Positions 36,806 to 50,481 of a stretch of 64,000 nucleotides of DNA are shown here, one piece after another. The notes beneath the pieces were generated by a model, which was given only the letters and a program-made list of their open reading frames with translations, ran no database searches and was not told the origin of the DNA. The stretch is taken from positions 372,001-436,000 of the forward strand of contig NMRA01000210.1 in assembly GCA_002633005.1 (NCBI GenBank), given 5' to 3'. The translations under genes were made by a program, and so were the position numbers. This DNA is from Phoronis australis (Eukaryota; Animalia; Phoronida). The stretch's first letter is position 1. Each line of letters begins with the position of its first letter.

Positions 36806-38638
36806 GAAATGTCAACTGAGAAGTCATTTATCCTTCTGGTTGCTTAGTAACAGGTTTTTCAAAACATTTTCCCAAATGATGACCTTTCAACATGACGACA
36901 TTTTTTACATAAACAGAGTTTGATTTACAAATTTCGTAATTATAGGCTGCACTTTACTGATTAGATTCTCATAAATGTGATTATTTTGTCCAGACCCTCG
37001 AGAATACCTTTTTCGTGTTTTGCGGGAGAACAAATTTTATTGGGTGCATTTCTTGGTCAGTAACTTTAATAACTTGGGTTAAACAAGAAAAAATAAATTC
37101 CCAGGTGAAAGTACTCACGTAATGTTCTCCTTTAGTTCAGGGTCTATTGAGTAAAGCGCACGTGTGAACAAATTAGCTTCGAACAAGCGACGCTTCCATT
37201 GAAAGTATATTATAAATAATCTAGAGTTTGCCCGGGGTCAGCTAAACGTACTAACATTAACATGACCTACTTTGGAAGCATAGTTCTACACACCCGACCA
37301 GGTGCCGCAGGTAACAATGGCGAATAATGTACATTAACAAGCGGAGCCTCCATAGAACCCCAGCTCTACAACACACCTGACCGGATGCCGCAGGGTAATA
37401 ACGGCGCCGTCGCTAGCTGTGATGCTACGGGTACAGTCTTCCTGTTCCTCGTTCTGATCGAGACTAATGTCTCTCGATCTTGCCTCGTGCACTCCCGTAG
37501 TTCGAGAACTGCTTTTTCATAAGAGGCAGTCTGGCCTCTTTTTGTTAAAAAACACTTTGTCGTTCGTACAAGACCACGCCGCCATAACTCAATCGGAGTG
37601 CTTTGGTGGCACTGAACAGTTAGGCTGCGGCCGCGGCCAATTTGCACTCCCAAAACATTAAAATTTTGGGGTAACTAACTTTGGGGGCATTTTGTCAGTA
37701 GGCACTGCATGTAGGCTCAGTGAATGTGGTTTGTTTGTATTTGTGAACATGCTGAGAATGAAAAAAGGCCACTTTCTCGGCTGTAGCTACACTCTCCTTC
37801 AAGATGGCGGTCCCCTGTTGCACTGATTGTGCATTGCTGTGTAGCAACTGAGAACTGAATTGGCCGCGATTTCAGGGAGCCCTCAAACAAGCCAGATTTG
37901 CAAAAAACTGGTTGGTTGACAGTACTTTGGGACCACATTTTTGGAATTCGTACGAAATTTGCTTTCGGAATCTAATGTTGGCTTTAGTCGAGCATCGGCA
38001 GGGAAGTGGTGGTTTTGGGGTGAAAAGTGCCGATTTGGCATTTTTGCCCTTATTTTTCTTAGTCTGACTTGGTTTCCACTGGGAGTGAAAGGGTCAAAAA
38101 TACAAGAGAGAATAGAGTTTTTGTGCTCATCTGTAGGGCTTGTGATGCGAAATGACTCAAAACTTGTCTTTATTTGCATGCACGGTTTTTGACAGAGTGA
38201 AGAAAGGGTGAAGAGTCCATTCATGTGTGTTTTGACAAGCAAACCCCGGTGAGAACTGTTCAGTGCTTCCTCTGTGAGAACACCGGAAACAAGGGCGCGC
38301 TGAACCGAACGAGCTAGTGAGATGTGAGATGCTAAGTTTTAAATACCTTCGATCTGAGAGCAAATCTGTGGCTGGTTAATGGCATGTTTGTGTTAGTGTA
38401 CACAGCTGAGTTGTTTCCATAACAATTTTGAGATTACGCAGTATAGCGTGGCAACCCAGATATAAAACACTGACGAAAAAGGTCCGTTTTTGCTTGAAAA
38501 CGTTGATTTCCAAAAGATCACAAGCAGAATTTTTGTTAGCACCAAAATAAAGAGCCACAACTATCAAAAGCAACTGAACACTCTCTAACACCAGCAACAG
38601 CAATACTCAAATGATCAAAACTATCCCGTGAGGGTGAG

Positions 38639-39776
38639 CTTACGAGAGCCCTGGGCCCGAGGTCTCAGTAATCTTTTGACTCGAAATCGAAAAAATTTCT
38701 TCTCTACTTTTGTACGAAATTTAGATTCTTGTCTATTGTTCTGTACTCGAGTACATAATGGCTTCACTACGGCGTTTTCCCGTTGCTCCGAACTTGTTCG
38801 ATTCTCTAGCCCAACAACAAGTTGGGAAGATGACCCCTGTAGCCATTATCTTACACGAGTGATAAACTCCATTCTGGCATTTATGGTTGGAGGGCCAGCT
38901 CTCTTTTGTTCGATAATTGCGCTAGTCTCCAATAAGATCGTATCGAGCCTGACTGGGCTGTGCTGTTAAAAACGAAAGTTAAGTTATATCATATTTGAAC
39001 ATAAACCAATAGCATTTCTGAAATCCTCGTCAAATGGTGATCCTTCTTTAGTTTTTGAATCGACAAAATCGCCCAACTACAACCAAAGCTACGACAATCT
39101 ACTTTTTCCGAACGTACCAATTTGCTCTGGGTTTGACTGTGTTCACACGTTGTCTTTAATAAGCGTGGTAGACAATTGGCCTGTCTGTTGTCATACCAGA
39201 CAAAAGATTGTGCTTGGCAGTTAACAAAGAAGCTAGATATTATCACTCGCTCACCACCCTCTACGTCTGGNCTTACGAGAGCCCTGGGCCCGAGGTCTCA
39301 GTAATCTTTTGACTCGAAATCGAAAAAATTTCTTCTCTACTTTTGTACTTGTCTATTGTTCTGTACTCGAGTACATAATGGCTTCACTACGGCGTTTTCC
39401 CGTTGCTCCGAACTTGTTCGATTCTATAGCCCAACAACAAGTTGGGAAGATGACCCCTGTAGCCATTATCTTACACGAGTGATAAACTCCATTCTGGCAT
39501 TTATGGTTGGAGGGCCAGCTCTCTTTTGTTCGATAATTGCGCTAGTCTCGTCTTTAGTTTTTGAATCGACAAAATCGCCCAACTACAACCAAAGCTACGA
39601 CAATCTACTTTTTCCGAACGTACCAATTTGCTCTGGGTTTGACTGTGTTCACACGTTGTCTTTAATAAGCGTGGTAGACAATTGGCCTGTCTGTTGTCAT
39701 ACCAGACAAAAGATTGTGCTTGGCAGTTAACAAAGAAGCTAGATATTATCACTCGCTCACCACCCTCTACGTCTGG
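38639..39776. repeat. Apparent tandem duplication split by a single N (probable uncollapsed haplotypes)
   Basis: 38639-39270 is near-identical to 39272-39776, except for a ~13-bp and a ~114-bp indel; the junction is the N at 39271. Confidence 0.85.
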
Positions 39777-39807
39777 TAAAGTCACTGAAGGTGAAAACGC
39801 CGTCATG

Positions 39808-40178
39808 TACGTGAATAACTGTCTAATCCAATTTTGCACTTGGTAACCCCAGCATTAAGGCTAAAATATCGAGTCTGAACTCGAAACTTCATTTTTTCTC
39901 GAAATCTCGAGTTTTACTCGACTTTGTTACTCAAATCTAAATGCGAACCTGGACTAGTAACCATAGTGAATGTCGGTACTCGAACCCACTGAGAACTCGA
40001 GAAATCTGTCTATTATTCTATGCATACGAGTTTCTACTTCAGCTCCGCACTTGATGTTCCCAAGATATGCGTAATAAACTCGATTAAAACCCGAGGTTTC
40101 GAATAAAAACTCGAAATTTTAGCTTTAATGCTGGGGTCGCCAAGTGCAAAATTGGATTAGGCAGTTATTCACATAAGC
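39808..40178. mobile_element. MITE with ~60-bp TIRs
   Basis: GTGAATAACTG[T/C]CTAATCCAATTTTGCACTTGG..ACCCCAGCATTAA.GCTAAAAT inverted at both ends. Confidence 0.7.
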
Positions 40179-41445
40179 CATTATGCACTTGAGCCTAAGA
40201 TGATAGACATATATCTTGAAATTTGGAAAAAAAGAGAATAGAAAATGCCCAAAACAGATGTTACAGATAACTACGCGTTGAGTCTGCCCAACTTCAGAAA
40301 GACGCAATGCGTTGTGACTCGGACATGAACAGTTATAAATATTCAAGCGTTCCTTACACTCAGAAGGATACTTTTGCAAAATTTGAAAAAATCAGCTTGT
40401 GTGTTGCAGTCATACTATGTTTTGTTGCTACCTGATAAATTGTCATAAAATTTTGGAAATCTTTTACAAGCCTTTTCGGAAAATGCTCCCATTGGTTGTG
40501 CTGTGCTGTTATGTTAAAAACTGTCGTGGAAGCAAACCAGTTGCTAACTAAGCCTCGACACACTCTCATGCCAAAAATGAGAATCGGATTTGACCTCACG
40601 TTGAAGATATTTAAGGTTTAGGAAACCACCTCTCACAAGTCTCCCCCGTTCAGCACGCCCTTGATTCTGAAATTCTCGGATAGGCAGTTGGTCAGTTGTG
40701 CCGTGTGCTGACTCATCCTTCAACTCACGGAACTTCATCTAATGCGATTTTTTCTACCTCTAGGTGAAATTTAAACAAAGCTATCTTAGCACTTTTAAGT
40801 GTATTTACCTTTAATAAAAGGTAAAGCTGTTAAAGCACCTGTGAGGGTGCCTGCTTTACTTTTTAGAAGAGGTTTACCAAAAATACTGTAATGGACATGC
40901 CACCTAGCCGTAGGATTTTTGGGATATCTTCATTATAACTGGTTGTTCTGGAAATTTAATGTATTCAGGTGTCATGATTTTTTTTAATAAAAAAGTCCCC
41001 GAGACACAAACCTAAATGATATAGGGCACATTCTTCTATTACTCACAGAAGGGTCGACGTACCATCGAGTATTAACAAGACTTGCTGCTGCCCACATGAA
41101 CTTATCACATCTGAACTCTTCTCTTTTGTGGGAGTAGAAAAACGCATAGTTTGATAGACATAATTTTTGAATGTTTAGACCGGTAAATAATTCCGAGTTG
41201 AGACGAAAAAGAGAATTATCCATTTTGTGGATAGCATTACAACTCGCCGTACAACTAAAAATTATTAGAAGTGGATTAACGAATGTCAAATATGATTTGA
41301 CTGTAATATAGTGATCAACACGGCAGTACTGTACATCTGTGGGGAAAGTGTTCTACTAATGAGTAGAATTTTGGTGATATATCGCATAATCAGAGATGGC
41401 GTTGTGGTATTTCGGGATGTGGCAATATATTTAAGGCTGCGTGTT

Positions 41446-42354
41446 CTACACTGACGCGGAGGATGAAACTCGCACTGTTGACTTAGCCTTGAATACGTTG
41501 TGTACTGTGAATCTCCTTCTGAATAACCAAGCACGTGATAGTTGACGTTGATTTTCCTCAGCAAATGCATGTAGTTTGTTGAAGTTGTGTCCGATTACGG
41601 CAACAGGCAGAGCAGTTAACACGATACCAGTCGTGGCGCACATACATCCAACTATATAGCCTGGAATCGTCTTTGGCACGTGATCGCCGTAACCAACGGT
41701 TGTCATGGTGACGATGGCCCACCAGCACGCTATTGGGATGTCGATGAAGGATGTGCTGCTGAAAAAGTCTGCGATATAAACTAGAGGTCCGTATATCAAG
41801 GTTCCAACGGCCAGAATAGCTATCATGAGGAAAAGGACGTGTCGACTTTCAAACAGCGACAGTATGAGGACCTTCATTAGAGGCAGCTGGTAAACAATCA
41901 TTAGAACTCTGACTACACGTAGCAAAGTCACCATGGCCAACAGGATAAACGCAGGTGCCAGTTTGTCCATGTATTCGTGGAGATCTGGCTTCCAATTCTC
42001 AGGCCTGTGTTCGAAGACTCGTAATCCAGCAAATGCCAAGCAGGCTGCTACAAAAATACATAAGTCTAGTACGTTAACAAAATTCCTTAAGAACATTTTT
42101 TTGCACGGGTAAAGAGTAAACCTCACGATAATCTCGACGAGAAAAAAGGACAAACAGGCCAATTCCACAATGCTCATGGTCGGATGTATTTTGGTGGTGT
42201 AGTACAATCGTTCTTTTGGATTAGTGGTGGCGTTGTAAACGAAGTCTACGTAACTTTGACTGTCCGTGAAAAGTTGACGGAAATGTGGTGTTGTAACCAG
42301 CACGGTAATTAGTATCTTTGCAATCGTGATCACAACATACGTCATGCCGTACAC
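41446..42354 (-). CDS. Voltage-gated K+ channel (Shaw/Kv3-like, atypical) paralogue B, exon 2 (S1-S6, stop); joins 53019-53519; ~469 aa
   Basis: ttgcag|GTG TAC acceptor in frame with ORF 41446-42393; WWAIVTMTTVGYGD pore. Confidence 0.92.
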   Translation of the reverse strand: MYGMTYVVITIAKILITVLVTTPHFRQLFTDSQSYVDFVYNATTNPKERLYYTTKIHPTMSIVELACLSFFLVEIIVRFTLYPCKKMFLRNFVNVLDLCIFVAACLAFAGLRVFEHRPENWKPDLHEYMDKLAPAFILLAMVTLLRVVRVLMIVYQLPLMKVLILSLFESRHVLFLMIAILAVGTLIYGPLVYIADFFSSTSFIDIPIACWWAIVTMTTVGYGDHVPKTIPGYIVGCMCATTGIVLTALPVAVIGHNFNKLHAFAEENQRQLSRAWLFRRRFTVHNVFKAKSTVRVSSSASV

Positions 42355-42526
42355 CTGCAACAATAAGAGACGACTGTCAAGACAGATGCGCATCGCGGGG
42401 ATTACTAAGGGAGCAAGACTTCTATGCTCATGCAGACACTTTTATATGCGCTAACTGCGAAGCAATACCGAAACTAGTTTACAGTGAAACAACACGTGTA
42501 TGTGAGATAAATATAGATATATGCAT

Positions 42527-42652
42527 AGTCGTTATCCCCCGTTATCGAGAGCCCGAGTGGATTTTGGAGAATTATCGCCCGAGGGGCGTTAGCCCTGAGG
42601 GTGATAATTCTACAAAATCCACGAGGGCTCTGGATAACGGGGGATAACGACT
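42527..42652. repeat. ~126-bp near-perfect palindrome (foldback MITE-like)
   Basis: AGTCGTTATCCCCCGTTATC...GATAACGGGGGATAACGACT around a central CCCGAGGGGCGTTAGCCCTGAGGG. Confidence 0.8.
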
Positions 42653-42739
42653 GAGAACATGTAATAATCTATTTTTGCCATCATCTGTCACATTCATAGA
42701 AATAAATTTCCCAACTTTCACAAGGGGGGCTTAGGAGAA

Positions 42740-43440
42740 ACAGCTGCGGACGCGAAAAATACAGAAACTGCCGTTTCCGACGCTGTCCATAAATCATTGT
42801 CAGTCGTGCTCTTCCCAATACCAATTTTATAACGATTCTTGGAGTGTTTTGGCCGATAGAGAGGTGGATCCCAAAAAATGATTCGGAAATAATAAAAGTG
42901 ACCAGTAGATGGTGTAAATTATGTCCTTATGTCCAACTAAAAACGGGAAGGTGACATCGCCTCTTTACTAGCAACCAGCTATTTGCCAAATTTCGTGAAA
43001 ATCCGTAAAGGAAACTCGAAAGATGCATATGGAGGAAAACGAAAAAAGAAAAAAATGCCACCTGGGGGCTCAGCAGTAGTCTGTTCCGTCCGAACGTCGT
43101 CGTCATCCGCCGTCACTTTGTGGAAACGCTCTTGCCAAATTTAACAAACATTCTGCCGAGAGTTTTGGAGATACTGTCGCGTTTCCAAAAAATGCCACAA
43201 TAGCCGGAGCCGAACGAAAATCATCGTCAGCCGTGCTCTTCCCAGTAGGAGTACGTGCCAATTTTTACCTCAGAGGGTTTGGCTAACACTGAGAGAGGCA
43301 GACGGCACAAACAAGCTCGACAACGGTAAAAATGGCCACTAGATTTCGAATCCATTCGAAAATGGGAAGGTAGCGTCGTCTTCTTGTGAGAAAAGCGAGA
43401 CTACGCAAGATGCCCACAAAATGACGGCCACTGATGTAAT
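42740..43440 (-). mobile_element. Internal fragment of a HINE-like element, reverse orientation
   Basis: Reverse complements of family subunits (aaaaatggccactag, gccaaatttcgtgaaaatccgt, tcgtcgtcatccg). Confidence 0.55.
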
Positions 43441-43869
43441 CGACTGGTGAGGTTGGAGAGACGGTGGAATTATGGGATAGAATTCATCGATTATGGGAAA
43501 ACATTCCCAGTTTCCTGTTTCATAAGTGAACGTTTTTCGCCGCAAGGCGCAAGTATAAGTTAATGTCATGGTTTTACGTATGGACCGCAAGCCTGGCTTT
43601 CAACGCAAAACGTCCCAGTTGGGGAAATATGAAGCACGTTCATTGCCAAGTAACCATTGTGAACCAAGGAGTGGGCAAATAACGTTACGGAATTTCGTGG
43701 ATGTAACTTTTTAGCATGTTAGGCCTATGTGTAACATCTAGCTTGTTTGTGCATCACCTCTGCTTTTCCAAGAACGCCTGCAGTTCTAGTAATGCTAATC
43801 AGTCTACCACCACTGTACATATACATTGAGGGTCAATATATAATGGTCTGATTCTGGTGCACACAGAAG

Positions 43870-44870
43870 CCACAGGAATGTGTGCAATAAGCTAATGACC
43901 AAAACTGGGCAGCTATGGACCATCCCTAGGGATGTCTAGATCACAGCTTTAACTCATACAAAAAATTTCTTCACGGAAATTGGTGATAGGCGTCCTACTG
44001 TAGAACACAAGAATGAGGTGGTTTCTTACACGGACGGCTCTAAACTGGACAATGGCCAGGCAGGTGCTGCAATCTATTTTCCAAGCCTTCTATCCCAGAT
44101 GCATAAAGCTGGTTTCCCTAGGCAATTTTGCCACGGTGTTCCAGGCTGAGATCACCGCAATTGATAGAGCTGCTCAACTGGCACGACTATACAACAACGA
44201 GCTGGGTAATAAGCCAATTACCATGTTTTCAGATACCCAAACAGCAATAAAAGCCCTAAAGAAACCAAGAATCAACTCTTGTTGTCTTAATGCTTGCGTT
44301 AATGAGCTTAACAAGCTTGCCTTTGAAAGAACCGGCAATATACACTAGGTCAGGTCCCAGGTGGGAATTGACGGCAATGAAAATGCAGACTCTTAAAGAT
44401 AGAAGCCAGCGTTATGCATTGTGTACCTGAACAGGCTATCCCAATATCCTACGGAGGCTACAGGATGAGCGTAAGCAACTAAGTACATACCCAGTCAGTA
44501 GCATAGCGAGCATCGCTCAACTCCTGCAGAGAAATCAATGAGAATTTTCCCTATGAGGTCAAACCAAAAGGTTCAAGAAACCTTCAAAGTTTTGATAGGT
44601 TGGGCATAAGACACGTCATTCAAATTTTGACGGGTCACAGTAATGTAGCCCAACACATCACTGGGCATATGGGGACCCTAGTGTGACCCGAGTGTGGTAC
44701 TGACGTTGAAACCCCTAAACACCTGGTAGAGACTTGCCCAGCTTTTTATAGGCTATTGAGTAAGCTACTGGATGACACTGTTACATGCTTACAACATATA
44801 GGGAATGGCAACAAATGGAAAAATTTATCAGTTTTCTTAAAGGAGACAGGCAGGCTTGAAAATTTTCTTC
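43870..44870 (+). mobile_element. 3' fragment of an RNase H-containing LINE (I/Loa group), decayed
   Basis: YTDGSK (frameshifted), TVFQAEITAI, FSDTQTAIKAL, GIDGNENAD, then ILTGH...ETPKHLVETCP zinc-knuckle remnant. Confidence 0.8.
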
Positions 44871-45823
44871 ACGAAGAATTTGTTGATAGAGAACAGGGCT
44901 GTCGTGTTTTAGCTCGGGTGTTTTATGCAGTGAGTCCAACATGAGGCCTGCGCACGTCTGATGCATCGCAAATGACATCAGGCCACCTGCACTCTTTTTT
45001 ATGTATTCGAGTCTGAAATCGTGTATTGCTAAGTCAAAAAAAGAAATTTCGCGCCAACATTTTCATTGAAAGTTTTGTCCCCGGGCTAGCTAATCGAAAG
45101 GCTCCACTTCCCTTTCTTCGTTAAGGTCGATCAAGTCATGTTTCTATTCACCGCATCTCCGAAGTTGAACTCAAACTGCAAAGATATTTTTGTCGGAGAT
45201 CCTCTGTTTTACTTTTCAGCACAAAGTGCAAAGTCGGATTTATGTGGACAGGGCTTCGTGCATTGACATAACTACCCAAAATAGAAATATAAAACCGCGC
45301 CAGACCATTACATTCAAATCTCCACAGCGCGTGGATGAATGTGCCTTAATGCTCACGTGGACAGTGTCCACAGTAGGCTTATGTACCTCAATGGTGATTT
45401 TTCCGGGTGGCGTCAACCGAAAGGTCATGAGTGAGGGAGGATTACTCAGTGCTGTAGTCGTGTGGTTGTTGGCAAATGCAGATGTGTTCTTCAGTAAGGT
45501 GCTTTGAATGTGTAGTCTACTTTGCCCTACATTGCTCCAGTCGACTGAGCTTGACGGACCCTAGCCTTGATGCATTGTTGTATACTAAATATATTTTGTC
45601 GATAGTCTTCATACATCTAGCTTTGCACCTCTCGAAAGCAGACAAAAACCAAGTCGAAACTGATTAAGTTTTTCTGAATCTTGCGGACAGTGACGCATAA
45701 TTTGAGCCATGCTGTTGGCTAAAGTTGCAGGTCTCCAGTCGTATTTCTCGACATCGTTTTGACGAGCTCCAGAATTTGTTGTGACAAGATTTTGTGAATG
45801 AGTGGAAGCCATGGCTGAGGAGT

Positions 45824-46143
45824 CACTGCCGTTAGCAAGGCTTGACCACAGACTGCTCCAAGGAGAGTTGGAAGGCTCTTACCTGCTCACTGCCGTTACC
45901 AAGGCTTGACCAAAGACTGCTCCAAGGAGAGTTGGAAGGCTTTTACATGCTCACTGCCGTTACCAAGGCTTGACCAAAGACTGCTCCAAGGAGAGTTGGA
46001 AGGCTTTTACATGCCCACTTCCGTTACCAAGGCTTGACCAAAGACTGCTCCAAGGAGAGTTGGAAGGCTTTTGCATGCCCACTGCCGTTACCAAGGCTTG
46101 ACCAAAGTCTGCTCCAAGCACAGTTGGAAGGCTCTTACCTCCT
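45824..46143. repeat. 64-bp tandem repeat, 5 copies
   Basis: CACTGCCGTTA unit starts at 45824, 45888, 45952, 46016, 46080. Confidence 0.95.
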
Positions 46144-48420
46144 CAAGTTAAAAATGGAGCTATAATTCCTGTGTATCCATTAGCCCGATGGCTTATAGAC
46201 CGGGGTCCCGGAGCTGTTTTAGGCAAGAAAATAATTTTCTTTGATTCCACAGTGCTCTATGGGTATCCTCATGCTTGCAAATGGCCGTCTGGCAGGTTCG
46301 CTCTGGTGGGTGTGGTCACGGGAGCCAAGAGAAAGACAATAAAAAATTGAGCTAAATCAACTTTTCTGGTAACCGCTTCAAACTGCCATAGATACCTCCT
46401 ACGTAATCCCCAATATCAAACATGGTCACTGCCAGACAATTGAAGTGGTGGGAAGTATCATCCAGACAGTTATAAATAGGGTAAAAAATTGACCTAGATC
46501 AATCCGTGAGGTAACCGCATGAAACCAGTTGCAAAATATTCACCGTAAGCCCAGATATCACGAATAAAGACAAATATAGTGGTGGGTTAGCCCCGCCAGA
46601 AACGCCCAAATGCCCGAGTTGAGCTAGATCAACCCACCAGGTAACTGTTTAAGTACAAATGCACGATGTTCAGCATCACTGCACATGGCACAACACTAAG
46701 ACGCTAGACAATTTCAGCGGTGGGGTGCCCCTACCCGACGATTATAAAAAGGCCTAAAACTAGAGCTAAGTCAACCCAAGAGGTAACCGCATGAAATCAG
46801 TTTCAAAATATTCTACGTAAGTCCATGTATCATGAAGTAAATCCTGCAAGACAAGTCTAGTGGTGAGTTAGCCCCGCCAGACAACACCAAATATTTGAGT
46901 CGAACTAGATTTACCCGCCAGGTAACCATTTGAAACCATTTGCATAATGTCCAGCAATACTAAGCATGCAACAAAAGGTTCCTTACAGACAATTTCAGCG
47001 GTGTGGCAGTTGCATGCAGAGGTTTGGTGGGTGCACAGACGACTTTTTATTGGACGCCCTTCTCTTTCTACTCAAATGCATCTATCCTAGTAATAATAAA
47101 AATAAAAAGGTGAAACATAACCTAGAATATTTATTTTATTCAACTGCAAATCAGTCACGATTTCCAAAATGATTATACGCAAAGGTTGGATACCCCCTCT
47201 CCCATGTGGATGCCCGGGGCCGTCGCTACGATGACTGAGCACCATATACAACATCTATGCATAATCAATTTGAATAGGTTTTATTTGCGCTATGAAGACA
47301 TAAAGCGAACAGTTCTACTGCCGGCATATCTGTGTCGGGCAAATGAAATGGCTGTCAATCTAATTAAACTGAAAAGCTTTCACGACTCGTTATTCCTACG
47401 AATTGCGAATAACAAGTCCGCAACATGAACAGAGTGTTTTATCAACGTTACAGCTTTGATAGTTTCCACGCAATCGACCATATGAAGCCAATGTCAGGTG
47501 CACTAGAGGTGTTTCCAGCCTTTTTGGCGAACACAATACCAACATAAAAAAACAAAAGGAGATTTATCGCTAAAACAATATTCATCTCAATTCCAATGAG
47601 CCAAGTTATTCACTGGGCATGCTTTAGTCAACTCCAAAGTGCCGTAATTAATCCTTTTCATCGGAGTCGGAATCTTCACTCCATGGTCCTTGGAAATCTA
47701 CCAGTTCTTCAGGCGAAGTAGGTCTAACTCTAATGATGGTTGCGTTATTCCCTTGAGTTACTGTTGTTGACTTCTGCATTCGACCTGAACAATATGTCAG
47801 GGAGAATAGACCCCTCAAACCAAACTGGCAGAAGCGTGTGAGTTTCAGTTGCATGCCAACCATAACCAGTTGGTGTCATTCCATCCCCAGGATATGCTGT
47901 CGCGGCACGGGTCCATAGCGCTGGGACGTACTGAGTTCGGCTAATCTTCATCTGTAGGCTACGAAGACAAAGTGGTAGCAACGCGCAGTCAATTCGTTTT
48001 ACATTTGCAAGTGGATTCTTCTGAAAGAAAATCAAAAATATAAGCATAGCTGACTTTGATGGTAGTTAAACATTATCAGATCGTATAGTTATATTGTTTA
48101 CGGGTTATCACTACATACCACAGCAACTTCGCAACTCATGTCCATAAGTTTGATACGGCCTCGTTAACATCTTTTAACTTGCTTTTTTGCGTACATGTGA
48201 CACACGAATTCAGTGACTAAGCCGATATGCACATCTCTAAAAGTAGTTAACATATTGGTGAACTTTTCATCACTTTCAGAAGTGTCCAAGGGCTTAACTT
48301 TGCCTTTCCTGAAAAATAAAGAATGACATACAAGACTAATTCATAATAGAAACATTTTTAATTTAAAGGAGGCAATCATAACACGTTATTTAGACCTCAT
48401 TTACATGGTAGACGTAATCA

Positions 48421-49180
48421 TAGCCTTGGTACTAAATATATAGCTTTGCACCGATGTGGGTAAAAAAGTGGTAAGATAATATCTGACACAAAATTAGTGT
48501 CATTAAAAATTACAGTCTTCCTTGAGTAAACTAGATTATGTAAGGGTGCTGGAAAAAATGGCGTTCTACCATTATTCTGCTGCTAAAGTTGTGGAGCGAT
48601 CTTCTGCATCGGCTTTCGGCGCCATGAAATATTGCGTCAACTATTGGCCAGTTTCTTTTTTCGCCGATTCTTCAATCAACTGTTGCTCTTTCACAAGGTT
48701 GCGTACACGTCACATTAGATTATTTGAATTGGTTTCGCTTCATTATAAGTTTTTAGAATTTCGATTCCGAAAAAACAAATTTCAGAACAAATTTTGCTGT
48801 TGCCAAGCTATCATCATCTCCCGACAGATGTCGCAAAAATTTAGGAAGTGGCGCGTGCGCGTGACACGAGCGTACTGTTTTCAAAACGACGACATACTTT
48901 TCATTGTTAGAAAAGGCGGAGAATTACGCAAGAAAATGACGTTTATTGCATTGTTTTTCACTTAAACGGCTGTAACGTGCAAGGTGAGTGTCGGTTGATT
49001 CCCTGATTTTGCATGCACCCCGTCCGGTCTTTAGCTTTACTTGTTGATACAAGTTTCGCGGTGAGGTGACGAGCAGAACTACCCTGGCTGTTTGCAATTT
49101 CTGGGTCTACGGAAAAAATACACACAGTGGCACCTAGCTGTATTTTGACGGCAGTCTTCATACAGCTAGCTGGCTGACTA
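48421..49180 (+). mobile_element. Non-autonomous TAG...CTA element with 9-bp TSD (AcademH-like), copy 1
   Basis: ACGTAATCA|TAGCCTTGG...GGCTGACTA|ACGTCATCA; homologous to 49708-50481 in reverse orientation. Confidence 0.75.
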
Positions 49181-49707
49181 ACGTCATCACAGCTAATCAA
49201 ATTCATTCAATTCTCGCCAACACTGGAATTACCAAAATTTCGATAACATACCTATAAAAGACAGATGTGTAGTCATATCCAATGAAGGTATGGTATCCAG
49301 GCATCGCTCTAGCAAGTCCATATTTGCGCTCTTCAAGAACGTTTGCTATGTTGGAAATGTTGTTTCCAATCCCACAGTCCATGACAACGTTGGTCGTGCA
49401 TCGTATTTCTGGCCGCTGCTGTCCAAGTGTCAAGATTACTGAAATATCTGTATCTGAAGCCCTGACTATCACATAGCCAATAGGGATATTTGCAACGTGG
49501 AACGGAATCAATGTGTCCGCTTCCTCGTGGTCCAATTGGAGATGGGCAAGTTTTGTCACCATGGTGTGCTGATTATCGTCGGGAAAGAACTGGTACCACT
49601 CACCACCGTGGGAAACAAACAAAAATTTTCCACCAAACATACACTAGTTCATTCTTGAACGCGGTGTTGCTAAGAAGTGGCTGTGAGCTCTGTCGCATAG
49701 TTTAATC

Positions 49708-50481
49708 TAGCCAGCCAGCTAGCTGTATGAAGACTGTCGTAAAAATACAGCTAGGTACCACTGTGTGTATTTCTTCCATAGACCCCGAAATTGCACACAG
49801 CCAGGGTAGTGCTGCTCGTCACCTCGCCTTGAAACTTGTATCAACACGTAAAGCTAAAGACCGGACGGGGTGCATGCAAAATCTGAGAATCAACCAACAC
49901 TCACATTGCTCGTTACGGCCGTTTAAGTGAAAAACAATGCAATAAACGTCATTTTCTTGCGTAACTCTCCGCCTTTTCAAACAATGAAAAGTATGTGGTC
50001 GTTTTGAAAACAGTACGCTCGTGTCACGCGCACGCACCATTTCCTAAATTTTGCGACATCTCTCGGGAGATGATGATAGCTTGGCAGCAGCAAAATTTCT
50101 TCTGAAATTCGGTTTTTCGGTATCAAAATTCTAAAAGCTTTTAATGAAGTGAAACCAGTTCTGGTAATTTGTTGTGACGCGTACGCAACCTCGTGAAAGA
50201 GCAAGAGTTGATCGAAGAATCGGCGAAAAAAGAAACTGGCCAATAGGTGACGCAATATTTTATGGCGCCGAAAGCCGTCGCTAAAGATGGCTCCACAACT
50301 TTAGCAGCAGAATAACGGTAGAACCCCATTTTTTCCAACAACACGGTGAATTAATTGAGTTTGCTCAAGGAAGACTGTAGTTTTTAATGACCCTAATTTT
50401 GTGTCAGATTTTATCTTACCACTTTTTTACCCACATCGGTGCAAAACTGTATATTTAGTATACAGCTTTGTACCAAGGCTA
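49708..50481 (-). mobile_element. Non-autonomous TAG...CTA element with 9-bp TSD (AcademH-like), copy 2
   Basis: AGTTTAATC|TAGCCAGCC...CCAAGGCTA|AGTTTAATC perfect 9-bp TSD. Confidence 0.8.

Noticed and set aside
48421-50481. A single element with 770-bp TIRs
   Set aside because: Each arm has its own distinct 9-bp TSD, indicating two separate insertions
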